A stretch of DNA of 64,000 bases from NCBI GenBank assembly GCA_963796105.1, contig CAWCKJ010000004.1, forward strand, positions 416,001-480,000. The letters run 5' to 3'. Under the pieces are notes generated by a model. The model made no database searches and had not been told where the DNA came from. It saw only the letters and a list, made by a program, of their open reading frames with translations. Position numbers and translations under genes: made by a program. This DNA comes from a candidate division FCPU426 bacterium (GTDB lineage Bacteria > Oederibacteriota > Muellerivitia > Muellerivitales > Muellerivitaceae). Shown here in pieces: positions 39,424-49,763 of the stretch; position 1 is the first letter of the stretch; each line of letters opens with the position of its first letter.

Positions 39424-41994
39424 ATGGAACAGTCTCAAACCAGAACCAAGGTCATGCAAACCCTGGGGATCCTCCTTCCCCTGCTCCTCTTTTACGCCGC
39501 CCTCTGGGTCCTGCGCCGGGAAATCCGGGCCAGCCACTACCAGGAAGTCCTTCAATACCTCAAGCAGATTCCCGACCGGAGTTTCCTCCTGGCGTTCCTG
39601 GCCTCCTTGGGAAGCTACCTGGCCCTGACCTTTTATGACGCGTTGGGTCTCAAGCACATTGGAAAAAAACTCTCCTATGCCCGCACCGCCGTGACTTCCT
39701 TCATCGCTTATTCCTTCAGCCACAACATCGGCGCTTCCCTCCTGACGGGGGGCAGCGTGCGCTACAGGCTTTATTCCGCCTGGGGCCTGAACGCGGAGGA
39801 AACCGCCAATGTCCTCCTGGTTTGCGGCATGACTTTCTGGGCGGGATTCATGACCATGGGGGCCGTCTTCTTTTTCCTCCAGCCCCCCGACCTGCCCCCG
39901 AATATCCATTTGCCGTTCAACTCAGTCTTCTCCGCCGGCGTCTTCTGCCTGGCCGTGATCTCCTTCTACCTGCTCATGTGCGCCCTTTTCAAGAAAACCA
40001 TCAGGATTTGGAAATGGTCCTTCCCCACCCCTTCCCTGGGAATCGCCCTGGGCCAGATGGCGGCGGGATGCATGGATTGGACCTGCTCCGGCCTGGCCCT
40101 GTTCCTCCTCCTGCCTGCCTCCTCCGTGTCTTTTCCCTCCTTCATGGCGATTTATTTGCTGGCCCAATTCGTCGGCTTCGCCAGCCAAGTGCCGGGCGGC
40201 CTGGGAATCCTGGAAACCATCATTGTGATACTTCTTTCCCCCGTTCTTCACGCGCCTGACATCTTGGGAGCCATGCTGGCCTTCCGGCTGGTTTATTACC
40301 TCATTCCATTCGTCCTGGGCTTGACGCTCTTCTCCGGAAACGAGATCATCCGCAATAAGCAGGGTTTCAAGCGCGCCCTGCAGATCCTCAACCGCTGGGC
40401 CCCCGATTTCGCGCCCCACGTCTTTTCCGTCCTCTTGTTCCTTTGCGGGGCCCTGGTCCTTTACTCGAACGCCTCCCCGGAGTCCCCCCGTCAGATGGCC
40501 TGGCTCTCGGAATACCTCCCTCTTCCCTTCCTGGAATCCTCCCACTTCCTGGTGGGCCTCGTGGGGGCCCTCTTGATGGTGGCGGCCCGCGGCCTCCAGC
40601 AGAAACTGGAAGGGGCCTACACTCTTTCCCTGATTCTCCTGGGCGCCGGCCTCCTTGGATGCCTCTTCAAGGGCTTCGATTACCAGGAGGCCCTCGTCCT
40701 GCTCATCCTCTTCGGGCTCCTGCTTCCGACCCGGGCCTATTTCCCGAGAAAATCATCCCTCATCCAGCAGCGTTATCCCCCCCTCTGGGTGGCTGCGGTC
40801 CTATTCGTCTGGCTGGGCTGTATCTGGGTGGGAGTCTTTAATTACCGCTACATCGAGGACTACTCCAGCGACCTTTGGACCACCTTCGCCTTGGACGAGG
40901 ACGCCGCGAGGTTCCTGAGATCCAACCTGGGCACGGTGATGACCCTTCTTATATTTTCCCTGGTGGCCCTGTTCTCCCCCTCCCAGCCGGAAACGGAATT
41001 CCCGAACCCTTCCGATCTTTCCAAAACCCTGGGTCCCATCGGGAAATCCCGGCGTTCCTATCCGCACCTGGCCCTCCTCGGGGACAAGGCCCTTCTCTTC
41101 AATAAAAAAGGGGATTCTTTCCTGATGTACGCCATCGAGGGAAAATGCTGGACCGCCTTGGGCGACCCGGTGGGCGGCGCGAAAGAGGGGGAGGAACTGA
41201 CCCAAAAGTTCCGCGAGCTTTGCCGGAGGAAAAAAGCCTGGGCCCTCTTTTACCTGGTGGATAAGGACCATTTCCAGTTCTACCTGGACATGGGCATGAC
41301 GGTCCTGAAAATCGGCGAGGAAGCCAGGGTATCCTTGGATAAATACGACCCCGACACCTCCCTTCCCCCCGACTTGAGGGAAACCCGGCAAAGACTGGCG
41401 GGGAACGAGGACTATTCCTTCGAGGTCCTGGAACAGGGATCGGATAAAGTTCCCTGGGAGGAACTGAAAGCCGTGTCCGAGAGCTGGCTGAGCCGCAACA
41501 AGACCCGCGAGAAGGGTTTTTCCATGGGATTCTTCCAGAAGGAATACCTGGAGAAATTTCCACTGGCCCTCCTCCGGGAAGAGGGCCGGGTGACGGCCTT
41601 CGCCAACCTCCTGCCTGCCAATGGAAAGGTTGAGATAGCGGTGGATTTGCTGAGGTCTTCCTCGGATGCCGGCCCGGTCTTGGAGGATTACCTACTCACG
41701 GAAACCATGGTTTGGGCCAAGGAGAAGGGATACCGCTGGTTCAACCTGGGGACGGCCTCCTTGATCGACCTGGAGGAAAGCCCCCTGGCCCCCTTCAAAG
41801 CCCAGATGACCGGCATGTTCTCCCCTCACGTGGAAGGGCCGGCCATGGGCGACATCCGCAAGGGAATGGGGCGGTTCAGCCCTGAATGGGTCCCCAAGTA
41901 CCTGGCGACCTCCAGCAACCTGCCCCTGTCCGTGGCCTTCGCCAATATCCATTCCTTGATCGCCCGCGGCAACCGGATCCGTTTAAAAAAATAA
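39424..41994 (+). CDS. mprF: bifunctional aminoacyl-phosphatidylglycerol flippase/synthase
   Basis: 856 aa, multi-TM N-terminus (GGSVRYRLY, VPGGLG, LESSH); C-terminal ALGDPVG, EKGFSMG, FNLG. Confidence 0.9.
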   Translation: MEQSQTRTKVMQTLGILLPLLLFYAALWVLRREIRASHYQEVLQYLKQIPDRSFLLAFLASLGSYLALTFYDALGLKHIGKKLSYARTAVTSFIAYSFSHNIGASLLTGGSVRYRLYSAWGLNAEETANVLLVCGMTFWAGFMTMGAVFFFLQPPDLPPNIHLPFNSVFSAGVFCLAVISFYLLMCALFKKTIRIWKWSFPTPSLGIALGQMAAGCMDWTCSGLALFLLLPASSVSFPSFMAIYLLAQFVGFASQVPGGLGILETIIVILLSPVLHAPDILGAMLAFRLVYYLIPFVLGLTLFSGNEIIRNKQGFKRALQILNRWAPDFAPHVFSVLLFLCGALVLYSNASPESPRQMAWLSEYLPLPFLESSHFLVGLVGALLMVAARGLQQKLEGAYTLSLILLGAGLLGCLFKGFDYQEALVLLILFGLLLPTRAYFPRKSSLIQQRYPPLWVAAVLFVWLGCIWVGVFNYRYIEDYSSDLWTTFALDEDAARFLRSNLGTVMTLLIFSLVALFSPSQPETEFPNPSDLSKTLGPIGKSRRSYPHLALLGDKALLFNKKGDSFLMYAIEGKCWTALGDPVGGAKEGEELTQKFRELCRRKKAWALFYLVDKDHFQFYLDMGMTVLKIGEEARVSLDKYDPDTSLPPDLRETRQRLAGNEDYSFEVLEQGSDKVPWEELKAVSESWLSRNKTREKGFSMGFFQKEYLEKFPLALLREEGRVTAFANLLPANGKVEIAVDLLRSSSDAGPVLEDYLLTETMVWAKEKGYRWFNLGTASLIDLEESPLAPFKAQMTGMFSPHVEGPAMGDIRKGMGRFSPEWVPKYLATSSNLPLSVAFANIHSLIARGNRIRLKK

Positions 41995-42145
41995 AAGCCG
42001 TCCTAATTAAACAAAAGTCCAGTCATTTGCCATGGATTCAGGGGATGCAGGGGATAAAAAATGAAAAATGTAAATTTTTCAATTCAAAAAGGTTTCAGAT
42101 CATGACAAGAGCAATGCTCTTGCGCCCAATTGGGCGTTGTGGTCA

Positions 42146-42219
42146 TGCCAGCCTTCCGTAAAGCTTTTAATGTGGCTGGCATGGTACCGATCTCTTTATA
42201 TTTTTATGGATGATCGGTA
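42146..42219 (+). repeat. double-hairpin MITE-like element, copy 7
   Basis: CA|TGCCAGCC...GATCGGTA|CA. Confidence 0.85.
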
Positions 42220-42378
42220 CAAGTCTGAGGACCGTGGAAAAATTCATTTTTCCATCGGCCGTTAGCTGGACCATAGAACATGATCGAAATGCGCTTTAAA
42301 TCCCATGAATCCCATGTATCCGTGGCTAGAGAGTGTTTTAGATAGGTGTATAAACAAATATCACAAATCGGAATTCCC

Positions 42379-43041
42379 ATGAAAACCCCTCAGAATCAAA
42401 ATCGAACCAACCAAAATATTTTTAATTGGATTTCCCTACAGCGTCACCCTCAAACGGTCCTTGTTTTATTTCTTTTCATTCTCCTGGCGGGGTTCTTTTC
42501 CGGCTGTGCCCCAAGCCGGTATGAGTTGGGCGAGACGGAAGAGGCGGCATCGCCCGATGAGGCCATCCACAACGCGGAGGAGTTCCTCAGGACCCGCCCC
42601 AACTGGAAGGTGGATTGTTCCCACTTCGTGCTGGCTTGCTACCATTCCAGGAGCATGAACGCCTTCCTGAACCGGCGCAAATACCACCATAATTTGGTGT
42701 ACGACTTGAATTATTTCCTGACCCAGCGAAAGACCCGGCGCAAGAGGGCCGCGGATATCCAGCCTGGCGACATCCTCATATTCAACAAGACCTATGACAT
42801 CAACCATGACGGGCGGATCGATGACAGGGACACTTTCACCCACACGGGGATCGTGGAGAATTTTCAGGACCGGGTGGTGACCTATATCGACGCATCGGAA
42901 TCCCGGAAACCCCCTCGCCTTCACCGGAGGCGTTTCAGCTTTTGGGGCGACAAATACAATGAAACCGTGGCCAGGGACCCCGCCACCGGCAGGAAAATCC
43001 ACGCCAGGGAAACTTTTTTCGCGGCTTATGGCCCGCCTTGA
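42379..43041 (+). CDS. NlpC/P60- or CHAP-like lipoprotein
   Basis: Lipobox FSGC, DCSHFV, PGDILIF, HTGIV. Confidence 0.75.
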   Translation: MKTPQNQNRTNQNIFNWISLQRHPQTVLVLFLFILLAGFFSGCAPSRYELGETEEAASPDEAIHNAEEFLRTRPNWKVDCSHFVLACYHSRSMNAFLNRRKYHHNLVYDLNYFLTQRKTRRKRAADIQPGDILIFNKTYDINHDGRIDDRDTFTHTGIVENFQDRVVTYIDASESRKPPRLHRRRFSFWGDKYNETVARDPATGRKIHARETFFAAYGPP

Positions 43042-43049
43042 GGAATGAA

Positions 43050-43511
43050 ATGCTCCACGTCGTGCTGATCGAGCCGGAAATCCCATGGAATACCGGAAAC
43101 ATTGGCCGCACCTGCCTGGGGGCGGGCGCCCAACTGCATTTGGTGGGCCGGTTGGGATTTCACCTGGACAACAAGGAAGTCGAGCGGGCGGGGTTGGATT
43201 ATTGGGACAAGGTCCCCCTCCACCGGCACACGACCTGGGAGGATTTCCTCAAGTCCATGCCTCCCCAGGCTCCCCTCTTTTTCTTTTCCACAAAAGGAAC
43301 GAAGACTTTCTGGGAGGCGGATTTTTCGAAAGGTGGATACCTGATTTTCGGGAAGGAAACCGCGGGATTCCCGAAGAGATTCTATGAGGACTACAAGAAA
43401 AAGCTGTACCGCATCCCCCAGAAAGACGAGTCCATCCGAAGCTTGAACCTATCCACCTCGGTGGGAATCGTCCTTTATGAGGCCCTCCGTCAAACCCACT
43501 CCCCGCGGTAA
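43050..43511 (+). CDS. trmL: tRNA (cytidine34-2'-O)-methyltransferase
   Basis: PEIPWNTGNIGRTC, RAGLDYW, FGKETAG, RSLNLS. Confidence 0.95.
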   Translation: MLHVVLIEPEIPWNTGNIGRTCLGAGAQLHLVGRLGFHLDNKEVERAGLDYWDKVPLHRHTTWEDFLKSMPPQAPLFFFSTKGTKTFWEADFSKGGYLIFGKETAGFPKRFYEDYKKKLYRIPQKDESIRSLNLSTSVGIVLYEALRQTHSPR

Positions 43512-43540
43512 AGAAAAGCTTTTTTCCGCCGATTTCAACG

Positions 43541-44068
43541 CTATTGGTTCGCGGCGCTGGGAATGGCTTTCCAGGCAACCTGGGCTTTGGGTGACAAGGA
43601 GTCCATATGCTTGAGGAAGAGCGTCAGCTTCCAGACCTGGTCATCCGTCAAGGTCTTGCTGAATCCCGGCATGCCGGTCAAACGAATGCCGTGCTTGACC
43701 TTCCAGAATGTAACTCCCTCCGGGTCGTCTTCAACCCCGTCACTCGCCAGCTGGGGCGCCTTTTGGTATAGGCCCAAGGCGATATTGGATGGCTTTCCAT
43801 CGGAAGAACCGTGGCAGACGGCGCAGTTGACGGCGTAGAGCTTGATCCCCTCGATCAGGTTCGGCTCGTTATATTCGACCGGATAAGGCCCCTTGGGCGC
43901 CTCCCGTTGGATGGCGGCGTGGAGGGATTTCCGGGCCATCCATTTTTCCAGAGCCGGCGGCTTCCCGTCGGCGTTGGCCGGCATGGAACCAGAAGCTATA
44001 AAGAAGTATGCCCCCAGGACCCCGCAAAGCAGGGTGATGAGTATTCCAACGATTATTCCTTTTCCCAT
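43541..44068 (-). CDS. membrane-anchored monoheme cytochrome c
   Basis: CAVCH; KHGIRLTGMP. Confidence 0.88.
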   Translation of the reverse strand: MGKGIIVGILITLLCGVLGAYFFIASGSMPANADGKPPALEKWMARKSLHAAIQREAPKGPYPVEYNEPNLIEGIKLYAVNCAVCHGSSDGKPSNIALGLYQKAPQLASDGVEDDPEGVTFWKVKHGIRLTGMPGFSKTLTDDQVWKLTLFLKHMDSLSPKAQVAWKAIPSAANQ

Positions 44069-44116
44069 GTATGCCTCCCCTTCGCGGACAACTTGCGTAA
44101 CGATTTTTCAAAAGAA

Positions 44117-44419
44117 TTAAACAGCCTGATAAACTCGGACTTCTTTCTTCAAGCGGGATGCCAGGTGATCGGATTCCTGGTCCAGCTCATAATCCATTTG
44201 CAGACCAAGCCAAAATTGGGGGGACATATTGAAATATTTGCCCAAGCGCAGTGCCGTATCGGCGGTGATCCCCCTTTTACCTTGGACAATCTCATTGATC
44301 CGGCGGGGGGGAACCCCTAAATCCTGGCCTAACTTATTTTGGCTGATTCCCATTGTTTTGAGAAACTCTTCCTGGAGAACCTCGCCCGGATGAAGCGGCG
44401 GTATTTTCGATTCTTTCAT
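44117..44419 (-). CDS. higA: HigA antitoxin
   Basis: HPGEVLQEEFL...RINEIVQGKRGITADTALRL...FWLGLQ. Confidence 0.95.
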   Translation of the reverse strand: MKESKIPPLHPGEVLQEEFLKTMGISQNKLGQDLGVPPRRINEIVQGKRGITADTALRLGKYFNMSPQFWLGLQMDYELDQESDHLASRLKKEVRVYQAV

Positions 44420-44428
44420 TTTTGCCTC

Positions 44429-44710
44429 CTAGTGATAATCCACAATCTCAACGTTATGGGCGTGCATATTCCGCCGCTCAAAGCAAACCCGCCATTGGTC
44501 ATTAATCCGAATACTATGTTGCCCTCGCCGGCTGCCATGCAAAGCCTCTAACCTGTTCGCGGGGGGAACCCTCAAATCGTTTAAGGTGACAGCCCTGTTT
44601 AACATGCGGAGCTTCCGGAAAGCAACCTTTTGAATGTCATGAGGCAGCCGATGTGAAAAAGTCCGGTTAAATATCAGTTCGGCCTCTTTACCCTTGAAAT
44701 TCCGGATCAT
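44429..44710 (-). CDS. higB: HigB toxin
   Basis: DLRVPPANRLEAL.G.R.GQHSIRINDQWRVCF...VEIVDYH. Confidence 0.95.
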   Translation of the reverse strand: MIRNFKGKEAELIFNRTFSHRLPHDIQKVAFRKLRMLNRAVTLNDLRVPPANRLEALHGSRRGQHSIRINDQWRVCFERRNMHAHNVEIVDYH

Positions 44711-44718
44711 GTCATGAG

Positions 44719-44745
44719 GGTATAACGGGATGCGTTATACGTCAA
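44719..44745 (-). promoter_or_regulatory. higBA promoter with an overlapping operator palindrome
   Basis: GTATAACG-N5-CGTTATAC next to a TTGACG -35 hexamer. Confidence 0.7.
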
Positions 44746-44874
44746 GGGGGGGGTGTATATGGTTTTCGGCCTGCGATTGGCATGGGATTTCGGGGAAACC
44801 TAAGGTTAAATTTTATATCCCGTCAGATCCCTCTCTAAATATTGAGCTCAGCCTATAACCATGTTTTCCTGGAA

Positions 44875-46458
44875 TTAGTGTGCTTCTAAAGGGCCCGGGG
44901 GTTTTGCCGGTCGGTGCAGGAAAAAGGTCGGGATCAGGGTCAGGCTGAAGGCAATCGCCATCACCCACATCATGAAGTCAAAGCTCACCACGAAGGTTTG
45001 TTTCTGCACCCGGAAGTAGGCCTCCTTCGCCAGGAGGCTGTTGGCGCTGAACATCCCCAGCTCATTGGATAGCTTGTAACCCATGGCCTTGGCGCTGGAA
45101 ACCCACTGGGTGTAATTCATGTTCAGGGGGCTGATGAATGGCACCAGGTGCGAGTAAACCCTGTCCTGGGACTGCTTGAACATGGTGGAAAAAGCCGCGA
45201 TGCCCACGCTTCCGCCGATCTGGCGGGCGAGGTTCATGATGCCGGCCGCCTGGCCCAGGTTGGGCCCGGTGAAGCCCCCCAGCACGACCGCGTTGATGGG
45301 AACGAAGAGGCTCGACATGCCCGCCCCCCGGATCATCAGGGGCCAGAAAAGGTTCCAATAGGTGGATTGGGAGGAGAAGTGGGCGATCATGTATAGCGCG
45401 ATCTCCGAGCAGGAAAGCCCGTAGAAAATGAACAGCCTGGGGTCGCGTTTCTGGATCCGCATTCCGATGACGGGCATCATCAACCCCGACAGGATGGCGC
45501 TGGGCATGAAAAGGTTCCCTGTCTGGGTGGCGTTCATGCTCAGCATGAACTGGGCGAAAATGGGGACGAAGAAGATCAGCGCGTAAAGCATCCCACCGAC
45601 TGAGGCCATGAGGAAAGTGCCGCTGACCAGAGTGATGCTCTTGAAAAGCCTCAGGTCCACGATGGGGTGCTCCACCTGCAGTTCCCACCAGAGGAATGCC
45701 GGCAGGGTGATCGCGGCGATCCCGCCCGTCAAAAGGATGGTACCGGAGGAAAACCAGTCATCCGCCTCTCCCCGTTCCAGCATGAATTGGAGGCATCCGA
45801 CCCCCGCCACCAGCAGGGCCAGGCCGATGAAATCCACCGGGGCGTTTCTCAGGCGGTTATGGTGTTCCTCGTGGTGCTGTTCCACCTTGTAATCCGGCAC
45901 GTAGAGCGCGGCCAGGAACGCCGCCAAGAGGCCCAAGGGCAGATTGATGTTGAAGATGGCCCGCCATCCGAAATGGTCCGTCAGGAATCCCCCCAAGGGG
46001 GGCCCCAGGGTCGGCCCGATGATGACCACCATCCCGTAGAGCGCGCTTCCCAGCCCCGATCGGCCGGGAAAAGCTTCCTGGATGAGCGCCTGGGATGTGG
46101 GAAGCAATGCCCCTCCCGCCAAACCCTGGATGACCCTGAACGCGATCAAAGTGTGGAGGTTGGGGGCCAACCCGCAGGCCACCGAGGCGGCCACGAAGGA
46201 TAGGATGCAGGTGATGTAATACAAGCGGCGGCCGAACCGGACTCCCAGCCAGCCCGAGATGGGAAGGACGATGGCGTTGGAGATGATGTAGCCCGTCACC
46301 ACCCATCCGATCTCATCAAGTGTGGCTCCCAGGTTCCCCATCATGGTGGGAATAGCCACGTTGACGATGGAGGTATCGATGATCTCCAGCATGGAGGCCA
46401 GGCCGGCCGTCACCACCATGAGAACCGCGGCTTTGGATATTCCTTTTTCTGGTGTCAT
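44875..46458 (-). CDS. DHA2-family MFS efflux transporter (EmrB-like)
   Basis: DTSIVNVA, WVVTGY, GPTLGP..GG, RQIGGS.G. Confidence 0.93.
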   Translation of the reverse strand: MTPEKGISKAAVLMVVTAGLASMLEIIDTSIVNVAIPTMMGNLGATLDEIGWVVTGYIISNAIVLPISGWLGVRFGRRLYYITCILSFVAASVACGLAPNLHTLIAFRVIQGLAGGALLPTSQALIQEAFPGRSGLGSALYGMVVIIGPTLGPPLGGFLTDHFGWRAIFNINLPLGLLAAFLAALYVPDYKVEQHHEEHHNRLRNAPVDFIGLALLVAGVGCLQFMLERGEADDWFSSGTILLTGGIAAITLPAFLWWELQVEHPIVDLRLFKSITLVSGTFLMASVGGMLYALIFFVPIFAQFMLSMNATQTGNLFMPSAILSGLMMPVIGMRIQKRDPRLFIFYGLSCSEIALYMIAHFSSQSTYWNLFWPLMIRGAGMSSLFVPINAVVLGGFTGPNLGQAAGIMNLARQIGGSVGIAAFSTMFKQSQDRVYSHLVPFISPLNMNYTQWVSSAKAMGYKLSNELGMFSANSLLAKEAYFRVQKQTFVVSFDFMMWVMAIAFSLTLIPTFFLHRPAKPPGPLEAH

Positions 46459-46674
46459 GGAAATTGATCCTTATAGTCCGCCGGGGGAATTAACCGTGAT
46501 TTCGGCCCGGGTTTAAGAAATGTAACTTCTTGCAAAACTAAAGCCCAACCCAATTGGTCCTTCTCACGGCATAGGAACCCAGTTTAAATCCTCTGAAAAT
46601 TGAGGTTTTTTTCCTACTGTGCCCCTGTGGTTCCAAAAGAACCTGTGGTGGGTTTGGATTTTTATTTGTTACTT

Positions 46675-47529
46675 TTAATTGACCCGGACATCCACGATCG
46701 CGGACAAGCCTGCCGCCATGCGGTCGATATCCTCGGCGCTCAAATTCTCGAGCTTGATCTTGACCGGAATCCTCTGGACCACCTTGGTGAAGTTGCCGGT
46801 GGAGTTATCCGGCGGAAGCAGGGTGAAGGTGGAGCCCGTGGCGGACCCGATGGAATCAATCACTCCCTGGTATTTTTTCCCGCTGATGGCGTCCACATCG
46901 ACTTCCACTTTCTGCCCGATCTTGACGCGGGAAAGCTGGGTTTCCTTGAAGTTGGCGGTCACCCATCTTTCCTGGGCGCTCACAAACCCGAACAGGGCCT
47001 GTCCGGGAGGGATTACCATGCCCGGCTCCACGGCTTTCTTGGCGATGGCCCCGTCCTCAGGCGCGGTGATCTGGGTGTAGCCCAGGTTCAGCTTGGCCTG
47101 GTCGGCCTTGAATTGGTCGGCCTTCAAGCGTGACTGCAGGTTCCGATAACGGGCGAAAGCCGCGTCATACTGCTGTTTGGAAACAGCCGCTTCCTGATAG
47201 AGTTTTGTGACCCTGTCGTAGTCGAGCGTGGCCTGCTCCAGGTCAGCCTGGATGGAGGCTTCGTCCGCCACCGCCTGGTTGTAGGCCGTGGTGTAGTCCC
47301 GGTCGTCGATCTGGGCCAAAAGCTGGCCCGCCTTGACCTTGTCGTTCTCATCCACCAGGACCTTGCTGATAGTCCCCCCGATGCGGGCTGAAAGCATCAG
47401 TGAATGCGCCTGGACATAGGCGTCATCCGTGGATTCCCACAAATAAGCCCTGACGATAAAAACCGCCGCCAATACCGCCGCGAGAATAACCGCTCCCCTA
47501 ATGAAGAAACTTTTTCTTCCGTTACTCAT
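46675..47529 (-). CDS. HlyD/EmrA periplasmic adaptor
   Basis: STDDAYV, ANFKETQ, LLPPDNSTGNFTKVVQRIPV. Confidence 0.93.
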   Translation of the reverse strand: MSNGRKSFFIRGAVILAAVLAAVFIVRAYLWESTDDAYVQAHSLMLSARIGGTISKVLVDENDKVKAGQLLAQIDDRDYTTAYNQAVADEASIQADLEQATLDYDRVTKLYQEAAVSKQQYDAAFARYRNLQSRLKADQFKADQAKLNLGYTQITAPEDGAIAKKAVEPGMVIPPGQALFGFVSAQERWVTANFKETQLSRVKIGQKVEVDVDAISGKKYQGVIDSIGSATGSTFTLLPPDNSTGNFTKVVQRIPVKIKLENLSAEDIDRMAAGLSAIVDVRVN

Positions 47530-48883
47530 GACCTATTCTCCTCCCCACCGCCATTTCCAAATTAATCAACGCTTCCATGGCGGAGACTTGGGCTTGTACG
47601 ACGCCCGAGGAAGCGCGGAATTGGTCCAGCTCTGCGTCCAGCACGTCCGTGGTCGTGCGGGTACCCGCCTTGAAGCCCAGCGTCGCGAGACGAACGCTTT
47701 CCTTGGCCTTGTCCACGTCGGTCAATTTGGACTGGTATATGGATACGTTAGAAACCAACCGGCGCTTCCAGAGGTCGAAACTATAGGGGGCATCCAGTTG
47801 GGAGGCTTCCAATTCATCCTTCGCTTCCTTCGCCTTCTCGCTGGCTTCATTGGCCTTCGCCACCGACAATCCCCCGTCCAAGATGTCCCAATTGGCGGTC
47901 GCCCCTACGAAATAACTATTGTTAAAGTTTCCGGTGTTGGAAATAGCGGGCGGGTTCAAGGATGTATAATCCTGGGCGTCGTACCATTGGCACTCGCCAA
48001 TGAGGGAAACGCGGGGAAACCAAAAGGAATTCGCGGCCGCGCTCTGGTCCAAGGCCGCTTTCGCTTGCAGTTCCTTGGCCTTGAGGTCCGGGCGGTTCTT
48101 GTAATCCACTGTTTCAGCGTCCTTAAGGAGCATGTCCGCGTCCAGGACCGGAAGGTCCCCCACCAGGGGCCGGTCATCCTTCTTATAGCCCATGGCGCGG
48201 GCCAGGTTCTCCCTCGTCAGGACGACGTTGTCATGGGCGGAAATCTGGTCGGATTTGGCTTCCGAAAGTTGGACCTCCACCCTGAGGACGTCGTATTTGG
48301 TGGCCTGTCCGTTCTCCAATTGGTCGTTGACGATGCGAAGGTGGTCTTCCAAGGTTTTAACGTTCTGGTCCGCCATGTCGGAAATTTTCTTGGCGGCCAG
48401 GGCCTGCGCGAAACCCAGGCGTAAATGCTCCCTCAATTGGAACTCGGACCAATCGGAAAGGATCTTCGCCGCCTCATGCCGGTTGTTGGCGGCGTTGAGG
48501 CTATGGATATTCCTCAATCCGTCGAAAAGATCGTATTGGGCGTCCAAGGTCAGGGTGGCGACCGGGAAATTCTCAACGAAAGGGATCAAGTTGGGGCCTG
48601 AAAAGGCGATCATTTCTTCCCCATATTTTTCGCTCATGAAATATTTTCCGTCGATGGAAACATGCGGCAGGAATCCCTGAGAGAGAGCCTCGAACTGGCC
48701 CCAGGAGGCTTCCCGCTCCGCTGCTTGGGATTCGTGGTAAAGGGGGGAACGTTCCACCGCTTCTTTTTGGGCCTCCTCCAAGGTCAAGGTTTGTCCCGGG
48801 GGCGCCGTTTCTTCCTGCGAGAAAGCCTGTCCCGCCAAAGCCGTCATCAAGGCTGAAATCAATAAAAGATTCAGGTATCTCAT
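47522..48883 (-). CDS. TolC-family outer membrane protein
   Basis: Signal peptide from ATG 48883 (overlaps the marR stop); LTLEEA, G.AT..DVL and GTRTTTDVLDA repeats. Confidence 0.9.
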   Translation of the reverse strand: MRYLNLLLISALMTALAGQAFSQEETAPPGQTLTLEEAQKEAVERSPLYHESQAAEREASWGQFEALSQGFLPHVSIDGKYFMSEKYGEEMIAFSGPNLIPFVENFPVATLTLDAQYDLFDGLRNIHSLNAANNRHEAAKILSDWSEFQLREHLRLGFAQALAAKKISDMADQNVKTLEDHLRIVNDQLENGQATKYDVLRVEVQLSEAKSDQISAHDNVVLTRENLARAMGYKKDDRPLVGDLPVLDADMLLKDAETVDYKNRPDLKAKELQAKAALDQSAAANSFWFPRVSLIGECQWYDAQDYTSLNPPAISNTGNFNNSYFVGATANWDILDGGLSVAKANEASEKAKEAKDELEASQLDAPYSFDLWKRRLVSNVSIYQSKLTDVDKAKESVRLATLGFKAGTRTTTDVLDAELDQFRASSGVVQAQVSAMEALINLEMAVGRRIGHE

Positions 48884-49395
48884 GAAATTTTTTCCTTCCC
48901 CGCTACCGCGTGGGTGTAATGGGTCATCACTAATTTTTTCATCAGCTGGAGAAGTTTTTTTTGCTCCTCGGCGGACAAAACCGAAAGGAACTTCTCCTGG
49001 ACTCCCTGGGCCAGGTGCCTGGCTTTCTGGAGTGTTTTCCTCCCCTTTTCCGTCAAGGCCACCGAGTGGGACCTGCGGTCCGTCGGGTGCTCCCGGCGCT
49101 CCACCAATCCCAATTTCTCCAGGTGGTCGATCATGTCCACCATCGTGGTCCTGTCGATATGGACGAGCTTTCCGATCTCCTGCTGGCAGATCAGGCCCTT
49201 GTCCTGGAGGCTCTGGAGGATCCCCAGGTGCTTCCCCAGCAACCCCATGGGTCCCAGATCCCTCGCCTGTAATTCCTGGAGCTTTTGGGAAGCCCTCCCC
49301 ATCAAGAAACCCATCTGGTCCAAGAGGGTCTCGGAAAAGCCGCACCCCCCAGGCTGGGTCTCAAGCTTGTTTTCTTTCGCGGTTTTAACAGTCAT
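48880..49395 (-). CDS. MarR family regulator
   Basis: IDHLEKLGLVERREHPTDRRS..V.LTEKG. Confidence 0.93.
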   Translation of the reverse strand: MTVKTAKENKLETQPGGCGFSETLLDQMGFLMGRASQKLQELQARDLGPMGLLGKHLGILQSLQDKGLICQQEIGKLVHIDRTTMVDMIDHLEKLGLVERREHPTDRRSHSVALTEKGRKTLQKARHLAQGVQEKFLSVLSAEEQKKLLQLMKKLVMTHYTHAVAGKEKIS

Positions 49396-49420
49396 TTAAT
49401 TGATAACTCTTTTCATCAGT

Positions 49421-49453
49421 ATTCGGATAGTCAGTAATACTGATTATCCGGAT
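49421..49453. promoter_or_regulatory. MarR operator-like palindrome
   Basis: ATTCGGATAGTCAGTA-A-TACTGATTATCCGGAT just upstream of marR. Confidence 0.7.
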
Positions 49454-49547
49454 GCGAGTCAAGACCCCCTTTGTATTTTTCGGGACAAAAAACACCCTGG
49501 CAGGTAATACAGTTGAATTAATCATGGAAAAATTAGACCTGTCATTG

Positions 49548-49623
49548 TGCCGATCAACCTAAAAAAAATTTTTAGAGATCGGTACGATACCGACCTCTTT
49601 AACAGTTTTATGGAAGGTCGGCA
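49548..49623 (-). repeat. double-hairpin MITE-like element, copy 8
   Basis: TG|TGCCGATC...GGTCGGCA|TG inside GTCATTG|CGAGGAATG; empty analogue at 2682-2735. Confidence 0.88.
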
Positions 49624-49763
49624 TGCGAGGAATGCCCCGCGAATAGCGGGGCGACAATGACGAAGCAACCCCAGTTTAAATAAAGCATTTCTCCCCTATT
49701 TGCCTTTTGAATTGACGGGATAAAATTCTTGACCGGATTCCCCTGGCCGTTTAGTCTCTTTCC

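Noticed and set aside
48884..49345. N-terminal extension of the 607-aa TolC ORF
   Set aside because: It overlaps marR in another frame; the signal peptide starts at ATG 48883
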